From: Octopus sinensis
Taxonomy: Eukaryota
Assembly (NCBI RefSeq): GCF_006345805.1
Contig: NC_042998.1
Span: 35,340,001 to 35,404,000 of the forward strand
Reading direction: 5' to 3'
DNA length: 64,000 nucleotides
In this document: one piece after another, positions 36,506 through 49,393 of the stretch
Position numbering within the stretch: position 1 is the first letter of the stretch
Layout of the letters: each line of letters starts with the position of its first letter
Position numbers and translations under genes: made by a program
The notes under the pieces: generated by a model
The model's input: the letters and a program-made list of their open reading frames with translations, nothing else
The model's database searches: none
What the model was told of the DNA's origin: nothing

Positions 36506-37367
36506 GCACATACACACACACACACACGCCCACACACTCATACACACAAAACACACAAGCACATACACACACACACACACATAGTAAATAATATAATTTG
36601 GAAGAAACAAAAATTACCTCATCACCTTGTTTATATATTCATGTATGTTATTTCATATTTCTATTATATTCTTAAATAATATTTTAATATGTTCTGAATG
36701 TCTTATTGTATTTGTTGTATCATTGTATGTCATAAACACAAGATGATTATCTAAGTTTTGTTTCTTCTTTAAATTGTATTATTTACTATCTAGCGTCTCG
36801 GGTTCAACCTGAGCAGCTCTATAATTTTTCAAAAGAAGAAGCAGTATATATATTCAAATTACGATAAATGTAAACAAAGTTTGCTTTTAGAAGCTTTGAG
36901 ATGTATTGAAAGATATAGAAATAATTTATGGTCAAATGCTGAATAATACTGAGACAACAGCAGGAGCAGGATAAAATGTCCATATTTTGCGGAAAATTTT
37001 GTCAGCGGCTAGCCATGATACTCGAACTCACAGCTCTGTGATTACCGGTCAAGTGGTTTACCATTAAGCTAAACTGCCCACTGACGAATTAATCTGCAAT
37101 TTTTGAACTTCGTTGGCCATTCTCTTTTTGAATGTCGTTGGCCATTTTCTCCGGCAATGCCTTTGCAATCATACCCACGAGCGCAGCTAAACACTCCATT
37201 TATTCTAGGGTTCATCCGTTACATACCCCCATCGCCCCATTTTCTGCTGCTGAATTCTTCCCTCCTTTATTCCTTTTCTTTGTTTCCTTTGTGAAGTAGT
37301 TATGGGGTTTTTTTATTCGATAATTTGATCGTTTCTACTTTTAATGTTCTTTCTTTTCTTCCTATAA

Positions 37368-37445
37368 ATGTATATAGTCAATGTATATAGTTAATGTATA
37401 TAGTTAATGTATATAGTTAATAAAATGTAAATGTATATAGTTAAT
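37368..37445. repeat. 13-bp minisatellite (AATGTATATAGTT), about 5 units
   Basis: Direct reading. Confidence 0.85.
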
Positions 37446-37642
37446 GCTGACTGCCTACGATAGTGTGTGTGTGAGTGTATACGTGCATGTGTGCGCGCGC
37501 GTGTGTTGTGATGTATGTACGTACGTGTGTATGTGGGCGTGTATTTGTGTGTGTGTACGTGCGTATGTGTGTAAATGTATAAAGTTAATAAAATTGCTTT
37601 ATCTGTTTGAAAAGTATATATTTTTAAATAATAACTAATATA

Positions 37643-38468
37643 TCAGGTCATCCCATAAGTTCTGTCCGATTCTACCTTTTTTTAAATTGAAGGAAATTTG
37701 ATAGTATTTTAGAATATCTAATGCAATTTTAAATTATTTTTTATGCATTTGTGTACATTTAAACTAATTAAATACTATTTTACAGAATAATAGAATTAAT
37801 ATTTCTTTGATTAAAACCCTTTCTAACATGGAAGTATCCAAAGAGCATTTAAGGCACATAATACTTTATGAGTACAAAAAAGGAAACTCTGCAGCCGAAG
37901 CGACTGGAAACATACACTCAGTTTATGGGAAAGAATGCTTGAATGAAAGAACTTACAGAAGATGGTTTGCAAAATTCAGTAGTGGAGATTTCAGCCTTGA
38001 AAATGAAGATCGAACAGGACGTCCAGTTGAGTTTGATGATAAGCTCCTTGAGGCATTACTTGAAGAAAATCCTGCACTATCAGTTGAAGAATTGGCAATA
38101 AAGCTTAGTTCAAACCATACAACTGTTCATCGTCATCTTCAACAACTTGGAAAGGTTCCTAAACTTGGAAAATGGATGCCTCATGAATTGTCCGAAACAA
38201 CCGCAAATCCCGAGTTGACATCTGCTCCTCTCTCCATTCTCGTGAACTCATTTCACCCTTTTTGACATTTGAAACTGACATTTCAGAGTTCTTCGCTTTG
38301 AAACCAAAGGAGTTTTGCATTGATGGGATTAAAAAGCTTGTAAATAGATGGAAGGAAGTCATAGATAATCAAGGAAAGTACATTGATGATTAAATTTCAA
38401 TTAAATATAACGTTTGATCACTTGTTTTCTTTATTCAAAATTCGGACAGTACTTATGGGATTACTTGA
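37643..38468 (+). mobile_element. Internally deleted mariner (Hsmar1/cecropia-like) with both ITRs
   Basis: ITRs TCAGGTCATCCCATAAGTTCTGTCCGA / TCGGACAGTACTTATGGGATTACTTGA with TA flanks. ORF MEVSKEHLRHIILYEY...GKWMPHELSE, then a jump to the C-terminal ..DGIKKLVNRWKEVIDNQGKYIDD*; the catalytic domain is absent. Confidence 0.92.
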
Positions 38469-40318
38469 TATTAAATGATTAGGATTATGGGATGGGATTA
38501 CCTGATAGTTAAATGATTAGGGGCTTCTAGAGTGTTATCGAGTTTCAAATCTGGATGAAAACCGATGTTAAGATGATAAAATAGATCGTTATTCTTGTGC
38601 TTGCACTTTGTCACTCACTACTTTTTATCTTTTATTGACTATCGAGGCGACTTGGTGTTTCTGGGTTAGAAAAGGAGAAGCCTTTATCTTTGTAGGAATT
38701 TGCAGTTTAAACCGTGGCCCCGAAAGATCAGATTTCTTCTCCTTTTATTTACCTTTCTGAAGTGTATTGCGTATGCTTGTCTGTGCACTGGTGTCGTTCT
38801 TAAAAACATTATACTGAAGAGAAACATGTTGCGGTTCTACCGTGAAATTTTGGTTTATCTTTTTGCATGCTCGTACGTATTTTTAGGACTCCGAGTTGTC
38901 ACCATAAACAATCAGTTGTACAGAAATGATCACCATTTTGTTGGTACTTTTATATATATATGCATACGTGTAAGCATAAATATACACCTATAACATATGC
39001 ATTCAAGCATGCATAAATACATACATACATGAGTGTATATATATATATATGCATACATACATGCATACATACACATGCCCACATACATACATACATACAT
39101 ACATACATACATACATACATACATACATACATACATACATACATACATACATACATACATACATACATACATGCATGCATGCATACATTCGTATGTTACG
39201 GTCGTTATTTTCGTTGTTATATTAGTCTTTAATAATTGGTCGACGGTTGCATAATAACCAGCAAACGCTGTCTGTAATCAAACTTAGAAATCTTTTCCAT
39301 TGGCAAGGCACACCAGTACAATTTCAATTGGTTTGGAGTAAAATTCTAGAGCAGCTTTCTGTTTTGTTTTGCATTTTTTTCTATTCCTATATCAAATCTC
39401 GTGTTAAATAACAGAAAGCAATTGTTTCTCGTAACTTATTATCCTTGCTTGCCTGTTTCCATCTGAGATGGATTACGATAGCGAGAGTTATTTGATTTAG
39501 AGATGGATATACCATACGATAAGCCATAATAACAAACGTCGACCCACTGGTCACAATTTAATCAGTCATGGTTCATCTTCATAAGTAAGCATACATTATC
39601 GGTAGGTGTTCCCACCTGCGTTTGTTTTTGAAGATAGATAGAGAGGAACGGAGGAACAGAGATGCCGTGACATCCTACGAGTTAAATATTCGCTATTCCG
39701 AATTTCTCACAAGAAACTCATCAGATATCTGTATTCTATTAACTTCGTATTGAGTCCCCCGACCACCACCACCTTTTTTGTATGTACAAGTTAAATTTTA
39801 ACACGCAGTGTATACGTGTGTTCAAACTGCATTGGAATACACATATACAACTGTATTGCCGAAATAATGTTGTCTTCAACTTTAAATTTCACCCAAGTCT
39901 GGGTCACCGTGCCATCCGTCCGCTACAATACTCATGCTCGCGTCACAACACAACACCAAGACAAAACCCCTTCACCCCAACAAGCCCTGCGCACTTTAAA
40001 ATCATGACAAGACACATGAGAGAAGAAAAAGATCTTTTAGCATTCGAAAGTGTCCTTGGAGAATATCACTAAAAAATTCCAGATAAACCAACGACATCCG
40101 GATATATCTCTGCGAAAACAATACCTCTTTGCTTTAATGGGCTGTGATACTCAAAGAATGACTGTAATATAATAACATCATTAAATGTTTTTGGTGGGGT
40201 CCCAGGTGGTTCTCTGAAGTTAGACATGGCCTGGGCCAATTCGACCGAACCTTATCTAAGTACCTAAGTATCGACAGATATCTGTGTGTGAGTGGATTCG
40301 TGTGTATATGTGTGCATG

Positions 40319-40351
<33 letters not shown>

Positions 40352-40373
40352 ATGTGTGTATGTGTGTGTGTGA

Positions 40374-40452
<79 letters not shown>

Positions 40453-40460
40453 TGAGTGTG

Positions 40461-40640
40461 TGTTGTTAAATACGAGAGTAGAAAAACAGCCAACAACTGA
40501 TGAAGAGTCGTTCTTTATGTTGTTTGTTTTGTTTTTCATTTGTGTCTTTCGTTGTTCGAAAAAATAGTTCATATTCCATGTACTCGTACTTCGTATCTTT
40601 TTGGTTGTTGTACATGTTTTCATGACGTCCTGTGCCCACA
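40461..40640 (+). mobile_element. Monomeric copy of the 34.2-34.9 kb repeat family
   Basis: AATACGAGAGTAGAAAAACAGCCAACAACTGATGA...GACGTCCTGTGCCCAC. Confidence 0.75.
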
Positions 40641-40682
40641 TATGCATATATATATATATATATATTATATTATATATATATA

Positions 40683-40721
<39 letters not shown>

Positions 40722-40763
40722 TATAGCTGTAAGTATATACATATACGTATGTATATATTCATA

Positions 40764-40801
<38 letters not shown>

Positions 40802-41570
40802 GTATATATATATATATATAGATATTATTTATATATATATATATATCTTTTATTTATATTTTATATATGTGGTGTTTGTATGTGTGTAGGTGGGTATACA
40901 TACTCGCGCACAAAGAAAGAGTAGTTCAATAAATAAGGCAATGTTTAATATAAGTTATTGATGTTTAAAGGTTATATTCTGATGATCATCCGGAATATAT
41001 TTCAAATATTTAACCAGAAGAATTTACAGACGCTTCGAGTCTACAATGAAAGTTATAGCAACCGTCGTCTTTCACAATAAAATTCTCTGAAATCGTATTT
41101 CCTTTTTGGTTCATAATGTTTACAAATTAATGATTTATCACTATTTTCAGTTATAAATTTGCTGTGGTCATGGCAACGATCCAGCATTTTGTTTTTTGTT
41201 TTAGCATAAACGCTTACACACTCCGATATGATTTATAACACAACCAACTTCTTTCCGGTCTCTGTTTTTGATTTTGTTTTCTTTCTTTCTTAATTCATTG
41301 AGAATTTGAAACAATATCTTTTTTTATAATGGAAAAAAAATATCAGTTTTATTGATTTCTTCAGTGGATACAAATATTCTTGTATTCTTCTCCAGGTTTC
41401 AGTCACTTCGCTGAGACCATGCTGGAGTACCACCTTCAAAGCGTTTTGTCGATTAGATCCACTTCAATATTTTGTCTAGTTCTTATTTTATAGTTTTCAC
41501 GAGGAATGTAGGGCAAGGCGATTTTGATGCGACATATTGAGTTGGTTCGCTCCATGCTTGTGTGTGTGTA

Positions 41571-42325
41571 TGAGGTAGTATCAGAAAGTTCCCGGACTAG
41601 TTCTGTAGCGCGCCAACTAATAGCAGCTCACGGTTGCATGCGTAGTGAAAGCTAGCAGTGACCTTCATGAGGCAGAGTGTCGAATGGCATCGCTGTGTTT
41701 ACTTCACAAGCTGTGAAATTTATGTTTTTGTGATCACACGTATGCTGTAGTCTGCGATTTTGTCATGGACAAGAGCAAAAAGCCAACACGAAATTTTGCG
41801 TTAAACTTGGGAAGTCTACAACAGAGACCCTGAGCATGCTTCGGCAAACTTACGGCGACGAAGCAATGGGTCGTACACAATGTTTTGAGGGGCACGGGCG
41901 CTTCAAAAGCCGAAGAACGTCCCTGGAAGACGATGAGCTATCTGAAAGGCCTACTATAAGCGTTACCCCCACAAATGTGGTATTGTGCATCGTCCTCCAG
42001 GGTCAGATTTATCAATCGAGAGTTCTACTGCGATGTTTTGAAGCATTTGAGAAAAGACATTCGGCGAAAGCGACCGTATCTGTGGGGCGCGAAGAAATGG
42101 ATTATTGACCGAGTTCTCCTTACTTGTGAGTTTCTATGTGCCAAAACCAACATGGTATCGCTTCTGCGTTCGCCCTATTCGCCGAATCTAGCACCTGCAG
42201 ACTTCCCTCTCTTCCCCCAAGATGAAAATGCAGCTCAAAGGTCGCTGTTTTAACACCGTTGTCGTGATTCAGATCGAATCACAGAAGTTCCTCGACTCGC
42301 TCACGGAAAACGACTTCCAGGAATG
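41571..42325 (+). mobile_element. Degraded, internally deleted, 3'-truncated mariner
   Basis: Left ITR-like TGAGGTAGTATCAGAAAGTTCCCGGACTAG after TA. Frameshifted KFCVKLGKSTTETLSMLRQTYGDEAM and PYSPNLAPADF. No right ITR seen. Confidence 0.8.
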
Positions 42326-42639
42326 CACGTCCGATGTAGGCGCATTTCACACCTTGGATGGATGATAATGATTACACGACATCTCACTGATGCACTACAG
42401 GCGTAAAAAATGTGTTGAAACAATTGTAGGGATTTTAAATCAAGGATGTCGTGCATTCCTTTTTCTATCATTTGTCTACACGCATACATATATATATATA
42501 TATATTGGCCTGCTCGCTTAGCCAGCGGGGTGGCGTCATTTTAAGGCTAAAACAATGCGAAGCGCATTGTGACCAGCGATGTGTAGCAACATCTGATAGC
42601 CTGGTCAGTCACGGTAATCACGGTGATACATATATATAT

Positions 42640-42835
42640 ACGGAAAGTTTACGGAAAAACAAAAGACGAAACAGGTGGTGTACAAAACAAACAGATGTAT
42701 TACTATAACGCTCAGGAATTGAAAAAGTCTTTTACGTTTCGAGCCTACGCTCTTCTACAGAAAGGGACACAAAAGAAACGAGAGAAAAAATGTGTGTAGT
42801 GGCTACCGATCTATCATGGCGACTTAATATACAAT
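42640..42835 (-). mobile_element. (TA)n-embedded unit related to 612-810, with a variant hammerhead motif at 42729-42764
   Basis: Minus strand CTTT-CTGTAGA-A-GAGC-GTAG-GCTC-GAAA-CG-TA-AAAG, then CCTGAGCGT downstream as in the 612 unit. Confidence 0.55.
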
Positions 42836-42839
42836 ATAT

Positions 42840-42851
42840 ATATGTCTACAC

Positions 42852-42891
<40 letters not shown>

Positions 42892-43144
42892 TCACACACA
42901 CACGTGTATTTGTATATGTGTACTATATACATGTGTGTTTGTGTGTTTGTGTGCGTGTGTGTATGTATGTATGTATGTATGTATGTATGCATATGTATAT
43001 GTATAGAGATGTGTGTGTGTATGTGTGTGTATGTGCGTGTGTATGTGTGTGTATGTATGCATATGTGTGTGTCTGAGAAGACATTTTAGTTAAGCGAGTT
43101 TGTAAATATGCAGTTTAACTAATGTGTATGTGTGTGTGTGTGTG

Positions 43145-43207
<63 letters not shown>

Positions 43208-44160
43208 GCATGGATCTGCATTCATATTCTGTGTGAATATGTCTCTTTAGTACCTAGGTGTGCGTGTGTGCATCTTTATCTTTTGCACATGTATTTCTGC
43301 AGGTGCACACGACCAAACATGTGCATAGATTCATTTAAAGATTCTCAGATGCAGAATCTTTGAAATGTCTCACACATTTTTGCTGTGCCTCTCATAGATT
43401 GGATTTGGAGGGTGTGCGTCCGTTTCATATGAATCTTGGTGTTTTTAGGTTTGTGGAAACCTATGGCCACACAAACTCATGCTCCCATGTCGATTGTAAC
43501 AAACGGAAATTGATAATCCGAATACAAGAGCTGTCCTCCACTTATTTCCTCAACTTTTGGTCACATGTGCGTGCATACATACGTAAGTATGTATGCATGT
43601 TTGTGTGTGTATGTATGTGTGTGTATGTATGTGTATGTATGCATGTATGTAGTTATGTATGTATGTATGCATGTATGTGTGTGTGTATGCCTGTGTATTT
43701 ATGCGTGTATGTATATATGTATGTTTGTATGCGTGTGTGTATATGTATTTATGCATGTATGTATATGTGTATGTATTTATTAATGTATGCATGTATGCAT
43801 GTATGTATATGTGTGTGTGTATTTCGATATGTATTTATGCATGTACGTACCCATGTATGCATGTATGTATGTATGTATGTATGCGTATGTGAATGTATGT
43901 GTGCGTATGTATGTATGCGTGTGTGTATTTTTGTATGTATGCCTGTATGCATATGTGTTTGTATGTATGCATGTATGTATTTTTGTATGTATGTATATAC
44001 GTACGCATGTATGCGTGTATGTGTGTATGCATGTATGTATGTGTGTATGTATGTATATACGTACGCATGTATGCGTGTATGTGTGTGTATGCATGTATGT
44101 ATGGTATGTATGTGTGTATGTATGTACGTACACATGTATGTGTGTATGTATGTTCCATGT
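42840..44160. repeat. Long degenerate (TG)n/(TATG)n microsatellite region
   Basis: Direct reading; explains the 270-aa CMYV-rich ORF. Confidence 0.9.
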
Positions 44161-44689
44161 TTGATACTATAATGCATCTGCTGTGATATTCTTCGCGGGT
44201 GACGGAATTCCCTCGGACAATTATCACAGTATAGAACGAATCCAGCACCCTGTAAGTGGGAATCCAGTACCCCAACCACACATCCATGTCTGCGTCTATA
44301 GACTATTCGTCTTTTTTTTCTTTTTCGTACTTAGTCTAACAGTGACCTATGAAACAACACAGAATGTCACTGCCAACTAATTCGATATCCACCGGTAGCT
44401 GCACTTCAGATGTGCTGAGCTACGACGCCGCCACCACTGGCTTCGGTACTTGAACCTGGCAATAAGCAGCGGCCAATGTCTACAGCAGAAGTTCACCGCT
44501 GTAAACACGTAAACACTAGAAAAACTAATGAGCGTCTTCCTCGCTTCGATTCGATTCGTGTTTAGAATCTGGAGAAGGACTGGATTTCTGCGAAAATAGC
44601 TTGCACGTGATACATCACATGAAAACAAAATCTTCAAGTAGTGTCCAGTTAGTTATGTGGTTCAGGCGAAAGGATGAGAAAGAGCATAA

Positions 44690-44694
44690 GGAAA

Positions 44695-44725
<31 letters not shown>

Positions 44726-44765
44726 TGTTGTTGTTGTTGTGGTGGTGCTAATGCTGGTGGTGGTG

Positions 44766-44799
<34 letters not shown>

Positions 44800-44959
44800 A
44801 GGTGTTGGTGGTAATAGTAATTGTAGTGGTAGTAGTAGTAGTAGTGGTGATGGTGGTGGTGGTGGTGGTGGTAGTAGTAGTAATGGTGGTGGTTGTGGTA
44901 TTAGTAGTAGTAGCAGAGGTGGTGGTGGTGGTGGTGGTGTTAGTAAAAGCAGTAGTAGA

Positions 44960-45010
<51 letters not shown>
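44690..45010. repeat. Compound (GTA)n/(GTG)n trinucleotide repeat
   Basis: Direct reading. Confidence 0.95.
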
Positions 45011-45011
<1 letters not shown>

Positions 45012-45019
45012 AAAGAGTC

Positions 45020-45150
45020 CAGAAGCTGGCTACCCGCAAGGTTCTTGGTCTCAAGCATTTGTCTTATGAAGAAAGGCTGAAGACGCTCGACCTTTATTCT
45101 CTAGAAAAACGATGACGCCGTATTGATCTCATTCTTGCTCACAAAGTGTA
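45020..45150 (+). mobile_element. CR1-type LINE ORF2 C-terminal fragment
   Basis: LATRKVLGLKHLSYEERLKTLDLYSLEKR*RRIDLILAHKV matches the CR1 YEERL..L.L.SLE.RR.R.DLI motif. Confidence 0.75.
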
Positions 45151-45173
45151 ACCTGGTGGTGGTGCTGCTGCTG

Positions 45174-45219
<46 letters not shown>

Positions 45220-46267
45220 GCACTAGCAGCTGCAGCTGCAGTAGCAATTGCTGTTGCTGTTGTTGTCGCTAAAGTGTATAATGCCATTCAAATCACCACA
45301 AACTGCTCGTCCAAAAACCACCCAAAAAACCGATGAAAACCGAATTCGCTAACTGAAAAAAAAAGCAGAAAAAGAGAAAAAAAGCCACCATTAGAAATCT
45401 TTAGTCATATCATTAAATATTTAAAGAAAAACAAAACAAAACAAAACACCGGTTGTTTTGCTTACTTGAGGAAGAAGATCGATCAATTTAGAAAACTGAT
45501 ATCGATTAACATTAAGGAGAACAAAACAATATCAATGGATATTCGCAAGAAACGTTGGTACAAAAGTTGTATTGTTCTTCTCATTATCCATAAATTCTCT
45601 TCGCTCTTTTGTCGTGTTTTTATCGCGTTAGTTATTCATTGGTTTCTGTTATTGGTCAGCGATGACCGAGGCAACGCCTTTAAGGGTTTTAGTCTGCTAT
45701 ATCGATCCGAATACATTGTAGTCTAGTGTCTGTTGCATTGCTATTCATTTAACGAATGGCTAGTTACGTTTTTGGCCTAAAGTGACGCCACTCGATGGAC
45801 CTTTTTCACACGTGTATATACAAACACACACACACACATAAGCAAACATACTTACACACACGCACGCATCTGTGTACATCTGCGTGTGTGTGAGTATATA
45901 TTAATTTTATATATTATATTAATGCTTCATGACAAACGGTAGAATGTTTCGTTCAACTGAACTCATCGAACGAATATAAAATTGGAGCGTGGAGAGAGAT
46001 AAACCGATTGAAAGATAATCAGAATAAGCAAGAGTGAGTTAGGGATTGAGAATTACACTATGATGGTGTTTTCGTTTTTATTTCGAAGCATACGATTTAG
46101 ATACAGCCGTCAAATCGGCTTCAGATAACACCATTTCGTCTTAAATAAATATGGGACAATATAGTCTTAGATATGGTTTTATCTGAAATAAAAGCTGGAA
46201 CACTTACATCGAGGAATGCGCTTCTTCTACTAGGTCCAGCTTACACACACACAGAGGTCAACACACA

Positions 46268-46315
<48 letters not shown>

Positions 46316-46353
46316 ATATATATATTATATATATATATATATATATAATATAT

Positions 46354-46740
46354 GGAGGCGCAATGGCCCAGTGGTTAGGGCAGCGGACTCGCGGTCATAG
46401 GGATCGCGTTTCGATTCTCAGACCGGGCGTTGTGAGTGTTTTAATTATTGAGTAGCGAAAACACCTAAGAAGCTCCACGAGGCTCCGCAGTGGATGTTGT
46501 GATCCCTGCTGTACTCTTTCACCACAACTTTCTCTCACTCTTACTTCCTGTTTTCTGTTGTACCTGTATTTCAAAGGGCCGGCCTTGTCACTCTCTGTGT
46601 CACGCTGAATATCTCCGAGAACTACGTTAAAGGTGCACGTGTCTGAGGATGCTCAGGCCACTTACACGTTAATTTCACGAGCAGGCTGTTCCGTTGATTC
46701 GGATCAACCGCAACCCTCATCGTCGTTACCGACGAGTGCT
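46354..46740 (+). mobile_element. Full-length SINE family C (tRNA-Arg-like head)
   Basis: A box TGGCCCAGTGG, anticodon-like TCG, B-box-like TTTCGATTC, conserved body and tail. Confidence 0.9.
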
Positions 46741-46786
46741 TCTATATATAATAGATATATAATATATAATATATATATACACACAC

Positions 46787-46997
46787 ACAATCAGGGAACT
46801 AAGAAGCACCAGCTTAGCTAAAAATAGTAGTCATAAACACTCCGAAGCCACAAGAATTAACACTAAATTTTTAGTGGCATGGTTGAAAAAGAAATAAGTG
46901 AACCATGCCTCTAAAATATAGTATTAATTCTTGTAAATTCGGAATGTTTATGACTCCTATTTTTAGCTAAGCTGGTGCTTATTAGTGCCCTGATTGT
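46787..46997. repeat. ~210-bp near-complete palindrome (MITE/foldback) in a microsatellite
   Basis: ACAATCAGGGAACTAAGAAGCACCAGCTTAGCTAAAAATAG... / ...CTATTTTTAGCTAAGCTGGTGCTTATTAGTGCCCTGATTGT, with a short central loop. Confidence 0.9.
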
Positions 46998-47199
46998 CTA
47001 TGTATGTGTGTATGTAAATATATATATATTAATTTTGCCTATACGGGTTTATGCATGCGACCACTAATATTATCATCTCTTGTGAGTAATAATGTTATAT
47101 ATATACTTACCGCACAACCACGCCTTAGTGTTTTTGCTTATTGTGGGTGGGAGGGATGTCAGAATTGTTAGTTTTCCCGGTTCATTCAAAACCGTTTCT

Positions 47200-48500
47200 G
47201 TTGCCTGATTCTATCACTTGTCGAAGGGCGATTTTTGTTCATAGTTTTTTGTTTTTTTACAAAGAAACCCGTATAAATTGAGCGAAAGCATATCCTGCCA
47301 GTCGCTTGTTTCCTTTCTCAGCTAACATTTTGCAGCCTACCACAATATGATCAATATTTTCCACTCGCTGATCACAAAGGTGACACTTGTTTGTTGGGGC
47401 CGTGGAATAAACATCTTTATAAACCGACTTCTGGTTTCCATCCGCACGATCTGAAAAGCTAATAAGTTCCTCCCCCTCAAAATCTTCCGTTTCATCAATA
47501 AACCACTAATGTTCGCCTGCGAACGAAGCACTCCATGCATAAATAAGATTTCCTTTCGCGTTTCATCTCTCATCTAATTCCCTATTTCTGTCCTCTCCAT
47601 CGCACGACTGTGACCATCCATGCGTTGATCATATTTATCAAATTCCTTGAATTAAGTTTATTCTTCAATACAAGCTTTTATGTTACCTTCATTTCCTTAT
47701 GAATAATATCATTCACAATATCACTATTTCCTTTATTTCCTTATGCATAATATCATTCTGTATGCCTAGATACTTTTATCAATTGCCATCTCGTTCTTGC
47801 GATGAGATTATTTCATTAATATCAGCTCTCTTCGCTCTCTTCGTAGTAAATGTCGTACATTCTCATACACCAAAGTTCCATTCCAATGTAACTTCGATGC
47901 ACTGTTACCGTTTAATAAGAGAACTGAACTATTTTTCTTTGAAAACAATTTTAAATCATCCATTAAGAATAGCTAAATCAGAGAATTAGCTCTGAGAATG
48001 GTCATAAGGCATTCAGCTATTCTAATCATTCTACGTGACTCCACAGTCGAAGAATGAGCTGCGGCAACATGCCGTAGGCATTTTGAAGTCGATCCATGCC
48101 ATACACAGATTAGTCAGTCGTCGTTTGCAGTTCCACATTATCCTATTGTCAATTATCAAATGGTCTTTGGGAGATTTTTGTGTATTTCCTGTTCCACACT
48201 CTGTTCAATTCGTAGTAATTTGATCTGCATGAAATTATCGAGTGTTTTCTCGGAAAAATGTCAGCTATAACTTCTAAAACAGATAATTTCCCACTGCTTT
48301 TCATGATCAAAGTTATTCGCCTTTCAACAGACCATTTTAGTATTCTTTCTTCTGTTATACATTCATTTATACATCCCGATTAGGCCGCTTAAGGATTTCA
48401 GATGTCTTATTCAAAACCCTTGGATCCCATCTGGTCCAAGGGCTTTCCAATTTTGGTGCTATCTTTACTTACTTTCGAAACTACGGATCTCATTTCTCTG
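47200..48500 (-). mobile_element. Second decayed R4/Dong-like element (RT to CCHC)
   Basis: Minus-strand WKALGPDGIQGF, KDHLIIDN..NCKRRLTNLCMAWIDFK, LMDDLKLFSK, KYLGI, ETRKEILFMHG, CHLCDQRVENIDHIVVGC in the correct order. Confidence 0.8.
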
Positions 48501-48714
48501 TATCATATAATTGACTTCCCCCTCCAAGGAAATTGCTGGCAGTGTGCCAAAATTTGAAACCATTATTACTTTTATCATTCCATTGTTCAGAGTCTTATTA
48601 CGCACCGTGATTGCATAACGTGTTTATGACTATTACTATGGCTCTAATATCCTGTAAAATAGCCTCTAAATCCTGTAAAACAAATCTTCTGTGTCTTTTC
48701 ATCTTTTCTCTTTC

Positions 48715-48773
<59 letters not shown>

Positions 48774-48839
48774 AAATAAAATGAGACAACAAAGCTAAGG
48801 TTGTGTGGAATTTTCAGGACGTTTATAAAGATAAAGTTA

Positions 48840-48887
48840 GTCTTACAGCTGTTTCTGGGATATTAGGGATATCCCTTCGTCAGAGAC
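48840..48887 (-). ncRNA. Type I hammerhead motif with a palindromic stem III
   Basis: Minus strand GTCT-CTGACGA-A-GGGATAT-CCCTA-ATATCCC-A-GAAA-CAGCTG-TA-AGAC: stem I GTCT/AGAC, 7-bp stem II, ACAGCTGT palindrome, GUA site. Confidence 0.65.
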
Positions 48888-49393
48888 GATGTGAGATGGT
48901 TAAATAGAGGGAAATATTAGAGTTCAATATGAGGAATTATTTTGGAAAAGGAAGTAAATAAGAAGTATATAGTGAAATAAAAACATAAATTTATAAAGAT
49001 GTTTCTACCACTAGAACAGGTTTTAATTACAACATACAATTGTTTCTGTGCAGTGGTGACAGTTGTTAGTTGCTGAGTTTTCAGTATCATACTATTATAA
49101 ATAATTACATAAATAAGTATGACCCAGTAGCAGCTGTGTGCCGGAACGTCATCAGGTGTGTTGCTTTGAAAGTACTGCTGGATCTCGTTCAGTTTCACAT
49201 CCCTTTGTATGCCTTTGCGTAACAAGCATAGTTTCTTTACCGAGTAACTCAGTGATTCAAGGCTGCACAAGTTACAAATACCAAATTATGCATGTGTGGT
49301 GTGTGTGCAAACAAGCGCACGTGTGTGTATGTGTGTCTGTCTGTTTGTCTATCAGTTTGATGGCTGTAAAAAAATAAAAATACAAATTACAAA

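Noticed and set aside
43360-44172. 270-aa ORF and the many YIYI/CVCV/HTHT/MYVC ORFs throughout the track
   Set aside because: Translations of (TA)n, (TG)n and (TATG)n microsatellites, which lack stop codons in some frames; no domain content.
44601-45080. Poly-Val/poly-Thr/poly-Pro ORFs (also poly-Ser/Lys ORFs at 19048-19586 and 28047-28577)
   Set aside because: Trinucleotide repeat expansions with no splice or homology support.
46354-46430. tRNA-Arg-like sequence (also tRNA-like heads at ~33810-33886, ~51880-51935, ~58530-58595)
   Set aside because: Each continues directly into a multi-copy SINE body and lacks a clean acceptor stem; these are SINE heads, not tRNA genes.
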